DNA from: Halarcobacter sp.
GTDB taxonomy: Bacteria > Campylobacterota > Campylobacteria > Campylobacterales > Arcobacteraceae
Direction of reading: 5' to 3'
Length of the DNA: 64,000 nt
Assembly: GCA_963676565.1 (NCBI GenBank)
Contig: OY781089.1
Span: 2,240,001 to 2,304,000 of the forward strand
Below, one piece after another: positions 1 to 9,726 of the stretch. Within the stretch, counting starts at the first letter, position 1; every line of letters starts with the position of its first letter. The position numbers and the translations under genes were made by a program. Below the pieces are notes generated by a model. It did no database searches, was not told where the DNA came from, and worked only from the letters and a program-made list of their open reading frames with translations.

Positions 1-802
1 GTAAATAAGCTTGAAGTACAATACCAGCATAAAAGTTTTTAAATTCAGGTTTCTCTAAAGTTTTTTTGAATACTTCAACAGTAATATCTAAATCTCTATA
101 CTCTTCCATATCAAGGTTAATAAATTTATTTGATTTTGTACCATCTGGCGCAATATATGGATATTTTAATGCTTGCTTATAGATTCTTGTTAATTTATCA
201 ACAAGAACTGACACTGTATTATCAAAATTTAGTGCATTAATTTGAGAATATATTGTTGATATTTTAATAGAAATATAGTCAATATTTGGATTTTCTAAAG
301 CTTTAAGATATTTTTCAATTCTCTCTTGGGCTTCCTCTTCACCAAGTACAACTTCACCAATAAGGTTTATGTTTACTCTTGTCCCCTCTTCTTTTCTCAT
401 AACAAGGTGTTTATTAAATGGTTCCTCTTCCCCTTTAATAACAACTGTTCTTGTATCTTCTCTAATTTGATCAACAAACATCGGAACAGATAATGATGGC
501 AAATATTTACCAATATTTTGGAAAAGCCATAATAACATTCTATCTTTTGTAGTAAAGAAATTAGCCATGCCATGCTTTTCTAATAAAAAACAAATTTGAT
601 CTGCTACTCTAGCAGGATTTTCAACTCTAAAAGATTGATCCATTAGCTCAATAAGAAGTGCTTTATCTTTTGGTTGTTCAAGCATTTTATTCATTTTAAC
701 ATAAAATTCTCTATCAAAATCACTTACAAGCTCAGTAGCTCTATTTTGCCACTTTTCAGCTAATTTTATAGCATTTTGAATAATGTTTTTTTCGTTAGTC
801 AT
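1..802 (-). CDS. putA: Proline dehydrogenase/P5C dehydrogenase PutA, N-terminal part, truncated at the window edge
   Basis: Not in the ORF track. Manual translation from ATG 802: MTNEKNIIQNAIKLAEKWQ...NINLIGEVVLGEEEA...YISIKIS...FINLDMEEYRDLDIT...GIVLQAYL, the PRODH barrel motifs. No N-terminal RHH domain. Confidence 0.93.
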   Translation of the reverse strand, partial: MTNEKNIIQNAIKLAEKWQNRATELVSDFDREFYVKMNKMLEQPKDKALLIELMDQSFRVENPARVADQICFLLEKHGMANFFTTKDRMLLWLFQNIGKYLPSLSVPMFVDQIREDTRTVVIKGEEEPFNKHLVMRKEEGTRVNINLIGEVVLGEEEAQERIEKYLKALENPNIDYISIKISTIYSQINALNFDNTVSVLVDKLTRIYKQALKYPYIAPDGTKSNKFINLDMEEYRDLDITVEVFKKTLEKPEFKNFYAGIVLQAYL

Positions 803-832
803 ATTGTCCCCGTTTTCTATAATTTATTTTTT

Positions 833-851
833 GTACTACAAAAGGTAATAC
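833..851. promoter_or_regulatory. Candidate operator GTACTAC-N5-GTAATAC upstream of putA
   Basis: Inverted repeat with 1 mismatch; near-identical copy at 7517-7535. Confidence 0.7.
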
Positions 852-953
852 CTTTAATAAATTATTGCCAAATGAAACTTAATTAAAACTTAAAATACAA
901 ATACTTTTTCCATTAAATATGTTTATTATTTAAACAGATTACTTTTTTACATG

Positions 954-984
954 GTAGTACTTAAAGTAGTTTTAAAAGTAGTTA
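954..984 (+). promoter_or_regulatory. Three GTAGT half-sites at 12-bp spacing upstream of the RHH gene
   Basis: GTAGTAC 954, GTAGTTT 966, GTAGTTA 978; TATTAT -10-like box at 996-1001. Confidence 0.55.
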
Positions 985-1022
985 ATATAGAATTCTATTA
1001 TCTTATTAATAAAAGGAAATGC

Positions 1023-1247
1023 GTGGCTAAACAAAAATATGATAGAAGTATCATTAATAACGCAATTAATAAAAGCTTAAGAGAGAAAAAAGAAGTTTCG
1101 CAATTAACAATTAAAATTGATTCAAGGCTAGACAATGCTTTAGTTATATTATCTGAAAAAATCAATGTATCAAAAAATAAACTAATTGAAAATATTTTAT
1201 TTGAAAGTGGAATTATTGAAGAAGTAGAAGAGAATTATTATGAATAA
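1023..1247 (+). CDS. Small ribbon-helix-helix-like DNA-binding protein (74 aa; start moved to GTG 1023)
   Basis: AAGGAA RBS before GTG 1023; QLTIKI-DSRLDNALVILSEKIN-VSKNKLIENIL fits the RHH strand-helix-helix pattern. Confidence 0.65.
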   Translation: MAKQKYDRSIINNAINKSLREKKEVSQLTIKIDSRLDNALVILSEKINVSKNKLIENILFESGIIEEVEENYYE

Positions 1248-1908
1248 CTTTCCTAAACAAGAGCTAGTAATTGATGCTATTTTAAATGGTGTTGTTGCAG
1301 CAAAAAACAATTTTTTATTTTGGACTAATAATAGATTATCTTTATCTTTTGGTCCACATAAAATTGTTACTATACATATAGCACAAGAGATAGCAAAAAT
1401 TGAAGAAGATACCCCAGAAATTTTTATAAATGCAACTGTTTCAGATATTTTGAGGTGTTCTTTACCAAAAAGGGATCAGTTTTTAGAGTTTATGAATCAA
1501 AGAGATTTAAAAGAGGGAACTTTTAGTATAACTTTGGATGAAAGATTAGAACATGCAAATGATAATGATTCAATTTCAAGAGTAATTATTTCTGTTGTTA
1601 ATAATGTAATAAATTCAAAAGCTGAATATTTAGATGAGATTGAAAGAATCTGTAAAATGATAAATAGAGACGATGAGTACAAAAATTCTACTTTGGATTA
1701 TGGTGTTTTTACATTTTATTCAGATATTAGTAGTGAAGCTAGAAAAAAACTTGATAAAAGAATACCTGAAATAATTAACAATTTTGACAAAATTGTAGCA
1801 AAATATGATAACCTAAAATCATCTTTTAAAGGTGGAGAAATCAATAAAACTCAATCAAAAGGTGAATGGTCAATAGGTTGCTATATCATTGAACCCTTCT
1901 ATAAATAA
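1240..1908 (+). CDS. Hypothetical protein, possibly a degenerate PD-(D/E)XK-like fold
   Basis: 222-aa ORF overlapping the RHH gene stop by 8 nt; fold is an unverified guess. Confidence 0.5.
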   Translation: MNNFPKQELVIDAILNGVVAAKNNFLFWTNNRLSLSFGPHKIVTIHIAQEIAKIEEDTPEIFINATVSDILRCSLPKRDQFLEFMNQRDLKEGTFSITLDERLEHANDNDSISRVIISVVNNVINSKAEYLDEIERICKMINRDDEYKNSTLDYGVFTFYSDISSEARKKLDKRIPEIINNFDKIVAKYDNLKSSFKGGEINKTQSKGEWSIGCYIIEPFYK

Positions 1909-1932
1909 AACTAAGTGAAGTTTCACTTAGTT
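1909..1932 (+). terminator. Hairpin after the RHH operon
   Basis: AACTAAGTGAA-GT-TTCACTTAGTT inverted repeat directly after the stop codon. Confidence 0.6.
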
Positions 1933-2038
1933 ACTTAATACTATATTTACAAAAAATTTCAAAATTCTTACTATTTATTATTGAATAAAGGCTCATTATA
2001 TGTTATTATTTTCCATAATTATTTTCAAGGAATACTAA

Positions 2039-2887
2039 ATGGAATACAAAAAAATATTTTTCCCTATTGGTGGGGGAGAAGAATTAAAAGAGCGAATTCA
2101 TGGAGCTTTACTAATTGGTAAATATTTTAATTGTCATCTTGAAATATTAAAATCTCAAGCCAAACCAAGTCAAATTATTAAAATGGATGGTGGAATCCCT
2201 TCAAATGTACTTAGTGAACTAAATGCAATTGCATCAAGAAGATTAACAGAAGATTTAATAGAGACACAAAATATATTTAAAATTGAAGCAAATAAAATTG
2301 GAAATAAAGTTTCAAAAAAAGCTATTGAGAATGTAGCAACTGCCGAAGTTATTCTTGGAGAAGGATATAGAAGTAAAATTATTGAACAAGAGTCAAAATA
2401 TTGTGATTTAGTACTTGCAGCTTCTCCTGATAATGGTAGAATCACTGCCACTTTTGAAGCAATAGTTACAAAAAGTGGAAAGCCTGTTCTTATGTTTCCA
2501 CGAGTAATGAAAACATTTAAAACTGATAAAATTTTAATTGGTTGGAATAATTCTCCTGAAGCTTCAAAAGCTTTATCTCATTCTATTAATATACTAAAAA
2601 AAGCAAAAGAGATTAAACTAATTTATTCTAGAGAGTATATTTCAACTAAGGAAGATATTATCAAAATTCAATCGTACCTAAGAGCTCATGGTGTTGAAAT
2701 AACTTTTGAAGAAGTTAAAACTACAAAAGTTCCAGGACAAGCTTTATTGAATTATGCAATTGAAGGAAATTATGATTTGATAGTTGCTGGTGCATTTGGA
2801 CATAGAGGATTAAAAGAATTAATGTTAGGTGGTACAACTAAATATATCCTAGAACATACGGACATACCAGTTTTTATGGCTCACTAA
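2039..2887 (+). CDS. Universal stress protein (tandem UspA domains)
   Basis: ILIGWNNSPEASKAL and DLIVAGAFGHRGLKELMLGGTTKYIL..PVFMAH. Confidence 0.9.
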   Translation: MEYKKIFFPIGGGEELKERIHGALLIGKYFNCHLEILKSQAKPSQIIKMDGGIPSNVLSELNAIASRRLTEDLIETQNIFKIEANKIGNKVSKKAIENVATAEVILGEGYRSKIIEQESKYCDLVLAASPDNGRITATFEAIVTKSGKPVLMFPRVMKTFKTDKILIGWNNSPEASKALSHSINILKKAKEIKLIYSREYISTKEDIIKIQSYLRAHGVEITFEEVKTTKVPGQALLNYAIEGNYDLIVAGAFGHRGLKELMLGGTTKYILEHTDIPVFMAH

Positions 2888-2901
2888 AAATTATCTATCA
2901 T

Positions 2902-2937
2902 AAAAAAAGGAAAAGCTTTTATAGCTTTCCCTTTTTT
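2902..2937. terminator. Bidirectional intrinsic terminator between usp and livF
   Basis: AAAAAAAGGAAAAGCT-TTTAT-AGCTTTCCCTTTTTT between convergent genes. Confidence 0.75.
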
Positions 2938-2959
2938 ACTACCTAAGTAAAACATTTTT

Positions 2960-3682
2960 TTAATGTTTTTTACCTAAATATGCTTCTTGAATTTTTTCTG
3001 ATGCAAGTAATTCTTCAGCTGTACCTTGATGAGTTATTTTACCAACTTCAAGCACATAAGCTCTATCAGCAAGTTTTAGAGCTGCTTTTGCATTTTGTTC
3101 CACTAATAAAACAGTTACACCACTTTGGGCAATCTCTTTTACAGCTTTGAAAATTGCTTTTATTAAAATTGGTGCTAAACCTAAACTTGGTTCATCTAGA
3201 ATCAAAAGCTTTGGTTTAGACATAATTGCTCTACCAATTGCAAGCATTTGTTGCTCCCCACCAGAAAGTGTTCCTGCAAGTTGCTTTCTTCTTTCTTTTA
3301 ATCTTGGTAAAATATCGTAAATCCATTCTAATGTTTCTTTATCATGGTTTTTTAGTGTATATGCACCCATCATTAAATTTTCTTCAACTGTAAGTGTTCC
3401 AAAAACTCTTCTTCCCTCAGGAGAATGAGACATACCTAAAGATACAATATCGTGTGCTTCAGTCTTTGTAATATCATTCTTATCAAAAATAATATTACCT
3501 GATTTTGATTTTAAAAGTCCAGAAATTGTCCTAAGAGTTGTAGTCTTCCCTGCACCATTTGCCCCAAGAATTGTAACAACTTCACCCCTTTTTACAACTA
3601 AGTCAATACCTTTAATTGCTGAAATGGCACCATAACTTACATGTAAATCTTTTACTTCTAATAAAATTTCGTGATCAACCAT
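2960..3682 (-). CDS. livF: Branched-chain amino acid-type ABC transporter ATPase
   Basis: GANGAGKT, PEGRRVF, LSGGEQQMLAIGRA, VEQNA. Confidence 0.93.
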   Translation of the reverse strand: MVDHEILLEVKDLHVSYGAISAIKGIDLVVKRGEVVTILGANGAGKTTTLRTISGLLKSKSGNIIFDKNDITKTEAHDIVSLGMSHSPEGRRVFGTLTVEENLMMGAYTLKNHDKETLEWIYDILPRLKERRKQLAGTLSGGEQQMLAIGRAIMSKPKLLILDEPSLGLAPILIKAIFKAVKEIAQSGVTVLLVEQNAKAALKLADRAYVLEVGKITHQGTAEELLASEKIQEAYLGKKH

Positions 3683-4461
3683 TACTCATCCTCATCTTCA
3701 TCATCTGAACCAATATATGCTTCGATTACTCTTGGATCATTTTGAACAAAACTTGGTTCTCCTTGAGATATCTCTTTACCAAAGTTAATAACAGTAATAT
3801 AATCAGTTAGATTCATTACCATTTCCATATCGTGTTCAATCATCATAATACCAATACCCATTTCAGATATTTTTCTAATAATATTTGTAAGCTCAATGGT
3901 TTCATTTTCATTAAGTCCTGCAGCAGGTTCATCTAAAATTAGAAGTTCTGGACTAGCAGCAAGAGCTCTAGCCATCTCTACTTTTCTTTGATTACCATAA
4001 GATAAATCACCAGTTGGAACAGTAGCAAGTCTAGATAAGTCAAAAAACTTCATTAGCTCTTCAACTTTTTTCCATGATTCTAATTCATCTTTTTTATAAA
4101 ATGGTGTATGAATTATTGAGTGATACCATTTTTGTTTTGATTTAGTATGATATCCTGCCATAATATTTTCAGCTACACTCATCTCTTTAAATAATCTAAT
4201 ATTTTGAAATGTTCTTAAAACTCCCCTTTGGGCAATTTTGTGAGGCTCCATACCAGTAATATTTTCACCTTTGTATTTAATAGTTCCCTCTTCAGGGGTA
4301 TAAATACCTGTAACACAGTTAAAAAGTGTAGTTTTACCAGCACCATTTGGACCAATTATTCCATAAATTTGTCCGGGTTTAACTTTTATTGTTAAATCAT
4401 CAATTGCAACAAGCCCATAGAAGAACTTAGATACGTTTTCTATTTCTAATACGTAATCCAT
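3682..4461 (-). CDS. livG: Branched-chain amino acid-type ABC transporter ATPase
   Basis: GPNGAGKT, RTFQNIRLF, LDEPAAG, IEHDM, VIEAYIG. Confidence 0.93.
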   Translation of the reverse strand: MDYVLEIENVSKFFYGLVAIDDLTIKVKPGQIYGIIGPNGAGKTTLFNCVTGIYTPEEGTIKYKGENITGMEPHKIAQRGVLRTFQNIRLFKEMSVAENIMAGYHTKSKQKWYHSIIHTPFYKKDELESWKKVEELMKFFDLSRLATVPTGDLSYGNQRKVEMARALAASPELLILDEPAAGLNENETIELTNIIRKISEMGIGIMMIEHDMEMVMNLTDYITVINFGKEISQGEPSFVQNDPRVIEAYIGSDDEDEDE

Positions 4462-5420
4462 TATTTATCTCCTCCATCAGCTTTTAGTCTTAAAAACTTT
4501 GGAATATTTCCAAATTTTGCTGGCCAAACACCATTTGGTCTAAGTACCATTACAAGTACCATTGCTGCACCAAAGATTAAGTATCTAGATTCTTTAAATT
4601 CTGTAAATAGTTCAGGTAATACGAACATTACAAAAGTACCAATAAGAACTCCAGGAAGTGATGCAGAACCACCAACAAGAACAATTGCAAAGAACATAAC
4701 TGATTGCATAAAGTTAAATGATTCAGGAGATACAGCTGAATACTGAATTGCAAAAATAGAACCAGCAACACCAGCTATAGCTGCACCTAAAGCAAAAGCA
4801 AATAACTTATAATAAGGAATATTAATACCCATTGATTTTGCTGCAATTTCATCTTTGTTTATATAATAAAGAGCTCTTCCATATCTAGAAGTATCAAGAT
4901 TTCTAATAATTAAAAGCGTAATTAAAAGTAAAGCAAATGCCATATAATAAATATGAGTATCTTCAAATAATTCATAACCAAAAATTCTAACTACATCTAT
5001 TCCAAAGATACCATTTGGACCACCAGTTAAACCAAAAATATCATTTTTTAGAACTTGTTCAAAGATAATATTAAATCCGATAGTTGCAACTAATAGATAA
5101 TCCCCTCTTAAGTGGATTATTGGACCAGCTAATAATACTGCAATTATAGCAGGGAATATTATTGCAAAAGGGATTGTTTCAATAATTTCTAAACCATAAT
5201 GTACATTTAAAATAGCTGTTGTGTAAGCTCCAATACCAAAGAAAATAGCATGACCCATATTAAATACACCAGCACGACCTAATATAATATCTTGAGAGAA
5301 TGCAACTGTTGCAAATACTAAAAATGTAATTCCAATTGATAACCAAGCAGAATCAACTAAAAGTGGAAAAAAAGCCATTACTACTAAGAATACAATGGCA
5401 GTTAATGTTGTTTTATTCAT
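4461..5420 (-). CDS. livM: Branched-chain amino acid-type ABC permease
   Basis: LRGDYL, TGGPNGI, RPNG; hydrophobic. Confidence 0.92.
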   Translation of the reverse strand: MNKTTLTAIVFLVVMAFFPLLVDSAWLSIGITFLVFATVAFSQDIILGRAGVFNMGHAIFFGIGAYTTAILNVHYGLEIIETIPFAIIFPAIIAVLLAGPIIHLRGDYLLVATIGFNIIFEQVLKNDIFGLTGGPNGIFGIDVVRIFGYELFEDTHIYYMAFALLLITLLIIRNLDTSRYGRALYYINKDEIAAKSMGINIPYYKLFAFALGAAIAGVAGSIFAIQYSAVSPESFNFMQSVMFFAIVLVGGSASLPGVLIGTFVMFVLPELFTEFKESRYLIFGAAMVLVMVLRPNGVWPAKFGNIPKFLRLKADGGDK

Positions 5421-6322
5421 TATACTTTCTCCGCTGTTTTTTCACCAAGAATACCTGTAGGTCTTACAATTAAAATTACAATAAGTAAGATAAATGTAAA
5501 GGTTTCAGCCCATTCTGTTGAGATATACCCTGCAATAAGTGCGTTAAATAATCCTAACATTAAACCACCAAGCATAGCACCTGGGATATTACCAATTCCA
5601 CCAATTATAGCTGCAATAAAGGCATTTAAACCATAAAGCCAACCCATGTCAAAAGTTAAAGCTCTATAATATAAACCAATAAATAAACCACCAATAGCTC
5701 CAAGCATAGAACCAATAACAAAAATAAGCATAATTACTCTATTTACATTAATACCCATAAGTTTTGCTGCATCTTGATCAATTGCAGTTGCTCTAATAGC
5801 TGTACCCATTTTTGTTTTATTAATAAATAGGAACAATGCTGCCATTAAAAATGCTGATAATATCAAAATTACAAGTTGCGTAAATGATATAATTACTCCA
5901 CCAAAGTTCCAAGAAGTACTTGGTAGTAAATCAGCAGGGAAAATTTGCATATTTGGTCCCCAAATAAGCATAATTCCATTTTGAATTACAAGAGCAGCAC
6001 CAAGTGCAGAAACAACTGCACTAAGTCTTGGTGCAGTTCTTAAAGGTCTATAAGCTAGACGCTCAAGAAGAACACCTATAAAAGCAACAATAATTGCAGT
6101 TAGTAAAAATATTATAATAATATTTATAAAGTTTGTTGCACTAGCACCAAAAAGTTGAGAAAAAATTGTAAGTCCAACATAAGCTGAAAAGGCAACAAGG
6201 TCACCGTGTGCGAAGTTGATTAACTTCATCACACCGTAAACCATTGTATAACCTAAAGCAACCAATGCATAAAGACTTCCAATAGTCAAACCATTAATTA
6301 ACTGTTGAAAAAAAGTATCCAT
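5420..6322 (-). CDS. livH: Branched-chain amino acid-type ABC permease
   Basis: QQLINGLTIGSLYALVALGYTMVYG..INFAHG, RPTGILG. Confidence 0.93.
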   Translation of the reverse strand: MDTFFQQLINGLTIGSLYALVALGYTMVYGVMKLINFAHGDLVAFSAYVGLTIFSQLFGASATNFINIIIIFLLTAIIVAFIGVLLERLAYRPLRTAPRLSAVVSALGAALVIQNGIMLIWGPNMQIFPADLLPSTSWNFGGVIISFTQLVILILSAFLMAALFLFINKTKMGTAIRATAIDQDAAKLMGINVNRVIMLIFVIGSMLGAIGGLFIGLYYRALTFDMGWLYGLNAFIAAIIGGIGNIPGAMLGGLMLGLFNALIAGYISTEWAETFTFILLIVILIVRPTGILGEKTAEKV

Positions 6323-6337
6323 TATGCCTCTTTTAGA

Positions 6338-7462
6338 TTATTGACCAACTACTTCTTTAGTACCGTCATTTTTTAATTTGTATACAACAAACTTAGCCCC
6401 AATTCTTTCACCATCTTCTCTAATATTAAATGGTCCAGTAATTCCAGGGAAGTCTTTCATATCATTTCTAATATAATCAGAGATTTTCTTAGTATCAAAA
6501 GAGTTTGTTTTTTCAACACCTTCAATAACTGCTCTTAAACCATCTGCATTTGTAACAGGCCAAATTGATGGAGGATCCATTTTAAATCTAGCTTTATAGT
6601 CACCTAAATATTTTTTTGCTTCTTTGTAAGGAAGTATTTCAGGTGTTGGGAAATTAATTAAAACTGTACCAGCAGATGCTTTACCAGCCAATTTAAAGAA
6701 ATCAGGGTTGTCATTTGAATCACCACCAACAAAATCTGCTTCAATTCCTAATTGGATTTGTTGAGCTCTTAAAAGTCCACCATCTGTATAATAACCTGAA
6801 TAATAAATTACATCAGGATTCATTGCTTTAATTTTTGTTAATACTGCTGTAAAGTTTTGAGTTCCTGATTTAATCTTCCCTCTAAAAATTACATTACCAC
6901 CAGCTTTTTTAATTGAAGCTTCTGTTGCATCACCAAGTCCTGCTGAATATGAAGAATAATCAGAAAGAACAACAATATTTTTATATTTTTTAATATTTAC
7001 AAAGTAATCTGCTGTAAAATCACTTTGAGCTGAGTTTGGAAATGAGTTTCTAAAGAAAGTCCAATATTTTTTCTCAATTAAAGAATCAGAAGTACCATCA
7101 GAAGTTTGTAGTACTTTTTTTCTATAGTATGTTGTTTGAGCTGCTTCTGTAGCCCCTGAAGTATATGAACCAATTACCGCAAATACTCCTGCGTTTGTTA
7201 ATTTTTTAGCACATACAGCTGCTTTTTGAGCTTTTGCTTCATCATCACAAGTTACAACTTCGATTTGTTTACCAAGTAAACCACCTTGTGCATTTTTTTC
7301 ATCAACAATAAGCCTAACAAAGTTATCTATACTTTGACCTTCATTTGCATATTTACCCGTGATAGGTGCTTGAACACCAATCTTAACTGTATCTGCTGCG
7401 AACAATGAAGTTGCAACTGCCCCACTTAGTGCTAAGGCACTAACAATTTTAGTTAATTTCAT
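6338..7462 (-). CDS. livK: LivJ/LivK-family periplasmic amino-acid binding protein (possibly proline)
   Basis: Signal peptide; KIGVQAPITG, GGLLGK, VIGSYTSG, FPGITG. Confidence 0.88.
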   Translation of the reverse strand: MKLTKIVSALALSGAVATSLFAADTVKIGVQAPITGKYANEGQSIDNFVRLIVDEKNAQGGLLGKQIEVVTCDDEAKAQKAAVCAKKLTNAGVFAVIGSYTSGATEAAQTTYYRKKVLQTSDGTSDSLIEKKYWTFFRNSFPNSAQSDFTADYFVNIKKYKNIVVLSDYSSYSAGLGDATEASIKKAGGNVIFRGKIKSGTQNFTAVLTKIKAMNPDVIYYSGYYTDGGLLRAQQIQLGIEADFVGGDSNDNPDFFKLAGKASAGTVLINFPTPEILPYKEAKKYLGDYKARFKMDPPSIWPVTNADGLRAVIEGVEKTNSFDTKKISDYIRNDMKDFPGITGPFNIREDGERIGAKFVVYKLKNDGTKEVVGQ

Positions 7463-7516
7463 TAATACTCCTTTTTAAATAAATTAATTATAGCTTAAAA
7501 TTATAATTAATTTTTA

Positions 7517-7535
7517 GTACTACAAAAAGTAGTAA
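7517..7535. promoter_or_regulatory. Candidate operator GTACTAC-N5-GTAGTAA upstream of the liv operon
   Basis: Inverted repeat; 16/19 identical to the putA site at 833-851. Confidence 0.7.
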
Positions 7536-7737
7536 CATTTCTGTCACAACTATTATTTCACATTAAATATAAATTGAAACTTAAGAATTTTATAAATACA
7601 AAACAAAACTGTTTGCTTTTTATACATTATGTAACAAATTCGATAAAATGCTATTTTAATGCTATTTTACTATAATTTTTTAAAAATTCGCTAACTATAA
7701 ATATGATAATAAATTTACTCTATTACATATAAAATTT

Positions 7738-8622
7738 TCACGAATTCAATTTATTGTTTTTTTGTTGAACAATAAGACCAAAGATAATAAATAGTAAACC
7801 AACTAGTGTTGATATATATATTGGCTCTTTTAATATGAAGTATATAAATACTAAAGAAAGAAATGGAGATATAAAAATTAGATTTGCTATTCTTGATGTG
7901 TTATTTGTTGTTTGCATTGCTTTTAACCAAAACAGAAATGTGATACCCATTTCAAATAATCCAACATAAATAGCACCAAATAAACCGTTTATATTTCTAA
8001 TTTCAAAACTGTCAGTTAAAAGTACATAAATAAATATCATTGGCAAAGCAAATAAAAAGTTACAAAACAAACTTACAACTGGATCTGCTTTAGATTTTGT
8101 ATTAAATATCCAATATAAAGACCAAAGAATTGTACTTAATAAAGCTAAGAATACACCATCCAAATTTGAAAAGTTTAAAGAAAAAGGTTCCCCTTTTGTA
8201 GAAATAATTAATACTCCAAAATAACAAATTATTCCAGCAACAATATCACTAAGTTTTAATTTTTGTTTTAAAAAGGGAACCGAAAGAAAAGCTAACATTA
8301 AAGCCCAAGTGTAATTTATCGCCTGTGCTTCTTGTGCTGGTAATAAATCATAGGCTTTGAATAAAACAAGATAATATAAAAATGGATTTATGGCACCTAA
8401 TACTAAAACAAGTATTGTATTGTTTTTAATATAATCAAAAATCAAATTAAACTTTTTTTGTATTAATAAAACAAATAATAGAGTAAGTAGTGAGCACAAA
8501 GATGCAAAAAAAACAAGTTGTTCGGGACTTAAATACTTCAATGAGTATTTAAATGCAGTTGCAACAGTAGACCATAAAAAAACAGAAATTAATGCATATT
8601 TATATGCGGTATCTTTAATCAT
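7738..8622 (-). CDS. DMT/EamA family transporter
   Basis: About 10 TM segments, two EamA repeats. Confidence 0.85.
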   Translation of the reverse strand: MIKDTAYKYALISVFLWSTVATAFKYSLKYLSPEQLVFFASLCSLLTLLFVLLIQKKFNLIFDYIKNNTILVLVLGAINPFLYYLVLFKAYDLLPAQEAQAINYTWALMLAFLSVPFLKQKLKLSDIVAGIICYFGVLIISTKGEPFSLNFSNLDGVFLALLSTILWSLYWIFNTKSKADPVVSLFCNFLFALPMIFIYVLLTDSFEIRNINGLFGAIYVGLFEMGITFLFWLKAMQTTNNTSRIANLIFISPFLSLVFIYFILKEPIYISTLVGLLFIIFGLIVQQKNNKLNS

Positions 8623-8661
8623 ATATAAATTTCCTCTAAAAAAGAGGAAATTGTATCATAA

Positions 8662-9615
8662 TTAAATTATGTGAATTTGAATTATCCCTTTTTTATCTTC
8701 ATCAAAAATGATTCCCATTTCTTTATAAAAGTTATCTATTAATATAGCAAGATTTTTATATATGTTTAGATTTACGAATCCGTGGGGATAAACTTGGTGT
8801 ATACTAGCTAATTCATGTTTTAAAAATGACCAAAATTCATTAAAATAAGATGACTCTATTTTTAAATCAATCTCATCATCAAGTTCAGCAAGAGTAATTT
8901 GCATACCATTTAAATAACCAATTAAATATGAAGCTGTTTTTAAAAGTGTTTCAATTTGTACAATAGAGTTTTCAACTAGATCTTCTCTTTTATGGTTTAT
9001 TTTATATGCCATTAAAGATGTCTTTATATTTTGCTGTGACATATAAATCTTCTCAAGCAATGTAATGGCAACCAATTTTGGATATTGAGTATTTAAGGCA
9101 CTTTGAGAAGAGATAAAATTAGCAATGTATTCACTCCAGCAAGTTTCTGCTATTGGAAATATGATTGAGTCTTTGCCTTTGTAGGTTTTTGTTTTCATTA
9201 ATTGTTTGAAAACATCTATTTTCTTATTATTATCATGAATATGAGCAAATTCATGGTTTAAAACATGCAAGGCATTTTTATACTCTTGTTCATCATTTTT
9301 AGAAGTAATACTTTTTGCAAAATCAGATTTCATTACTAATACTAATTCAAAATCATCATTTTTAGGGACTGTTAAAACAACTGCATAGGTGTCTTTATTT
9401 GCTCTATACTTGTTTTCAAACCCCTTTTTATTTGATTGACTAAGTCTATCAATATCCCTTTCAAAATTAGAAGTTATAACAATTTTTGATAATCTTCTAA
9501 AATCTAGATAAGAAAATTGTTTAATTATATCTTTTAATGAATCTACAACTTTTAATGAAGTATTATCATTTAAACCGTTAATTTTTATATTTATATTATT
9601 GTGCATAATGGTCAC
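8662..9615 (-). CDS. Hypothetical protein with an HExxH zincin-like motif
   Basis: HEFAHIHD followed by WSEYIA. Confidence 0.55.
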   Translation of the reverse strand: MTIMHNNINIKINGLNDNTSLKVVDSLKDIIKQFSYLDFRRLSKIVITSNFERDIDRLSQSNKKGFENKYRANKDTYAVVLTVPKNDDFELVLVMKSDFAKSITSKNDEQEYKNALHVLNHEFAHIHDNNKKIDVFKQLMKTKTYKGKDSIIFPIAETCWSEYIANFISSQSALNTQYPKLVAITLLEKIYMSQQNIKTSLMAYKINHKREDLVENSIVQIETLLKTASYLIGYLNGMQITLAELDDEIDLKIESSYFNEFWSFLKHELASIHQVYPHGFVNLNIYKNLAILIDNFYKEMGIIFDEDKKGIIQIHII

Positions 9616-9726
9616 CTCTAATGTAATTATAAAACAGTTTTATATTTTCTTCTTAATGAAGTAGTTTTATATATGAAGTTTAAGTTGTTTTATATAAACT
9701 TAAAGTTTAGTTAAAAAGGAGCAATT

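Noticed and set aside
951..1022. N-terminal extension MVVLKVVLKVV of the 98-aa ORF
   Set aside because: It is a translation of the GTAGT DNA repeats; the RBS supports GTG 1023 as the start.
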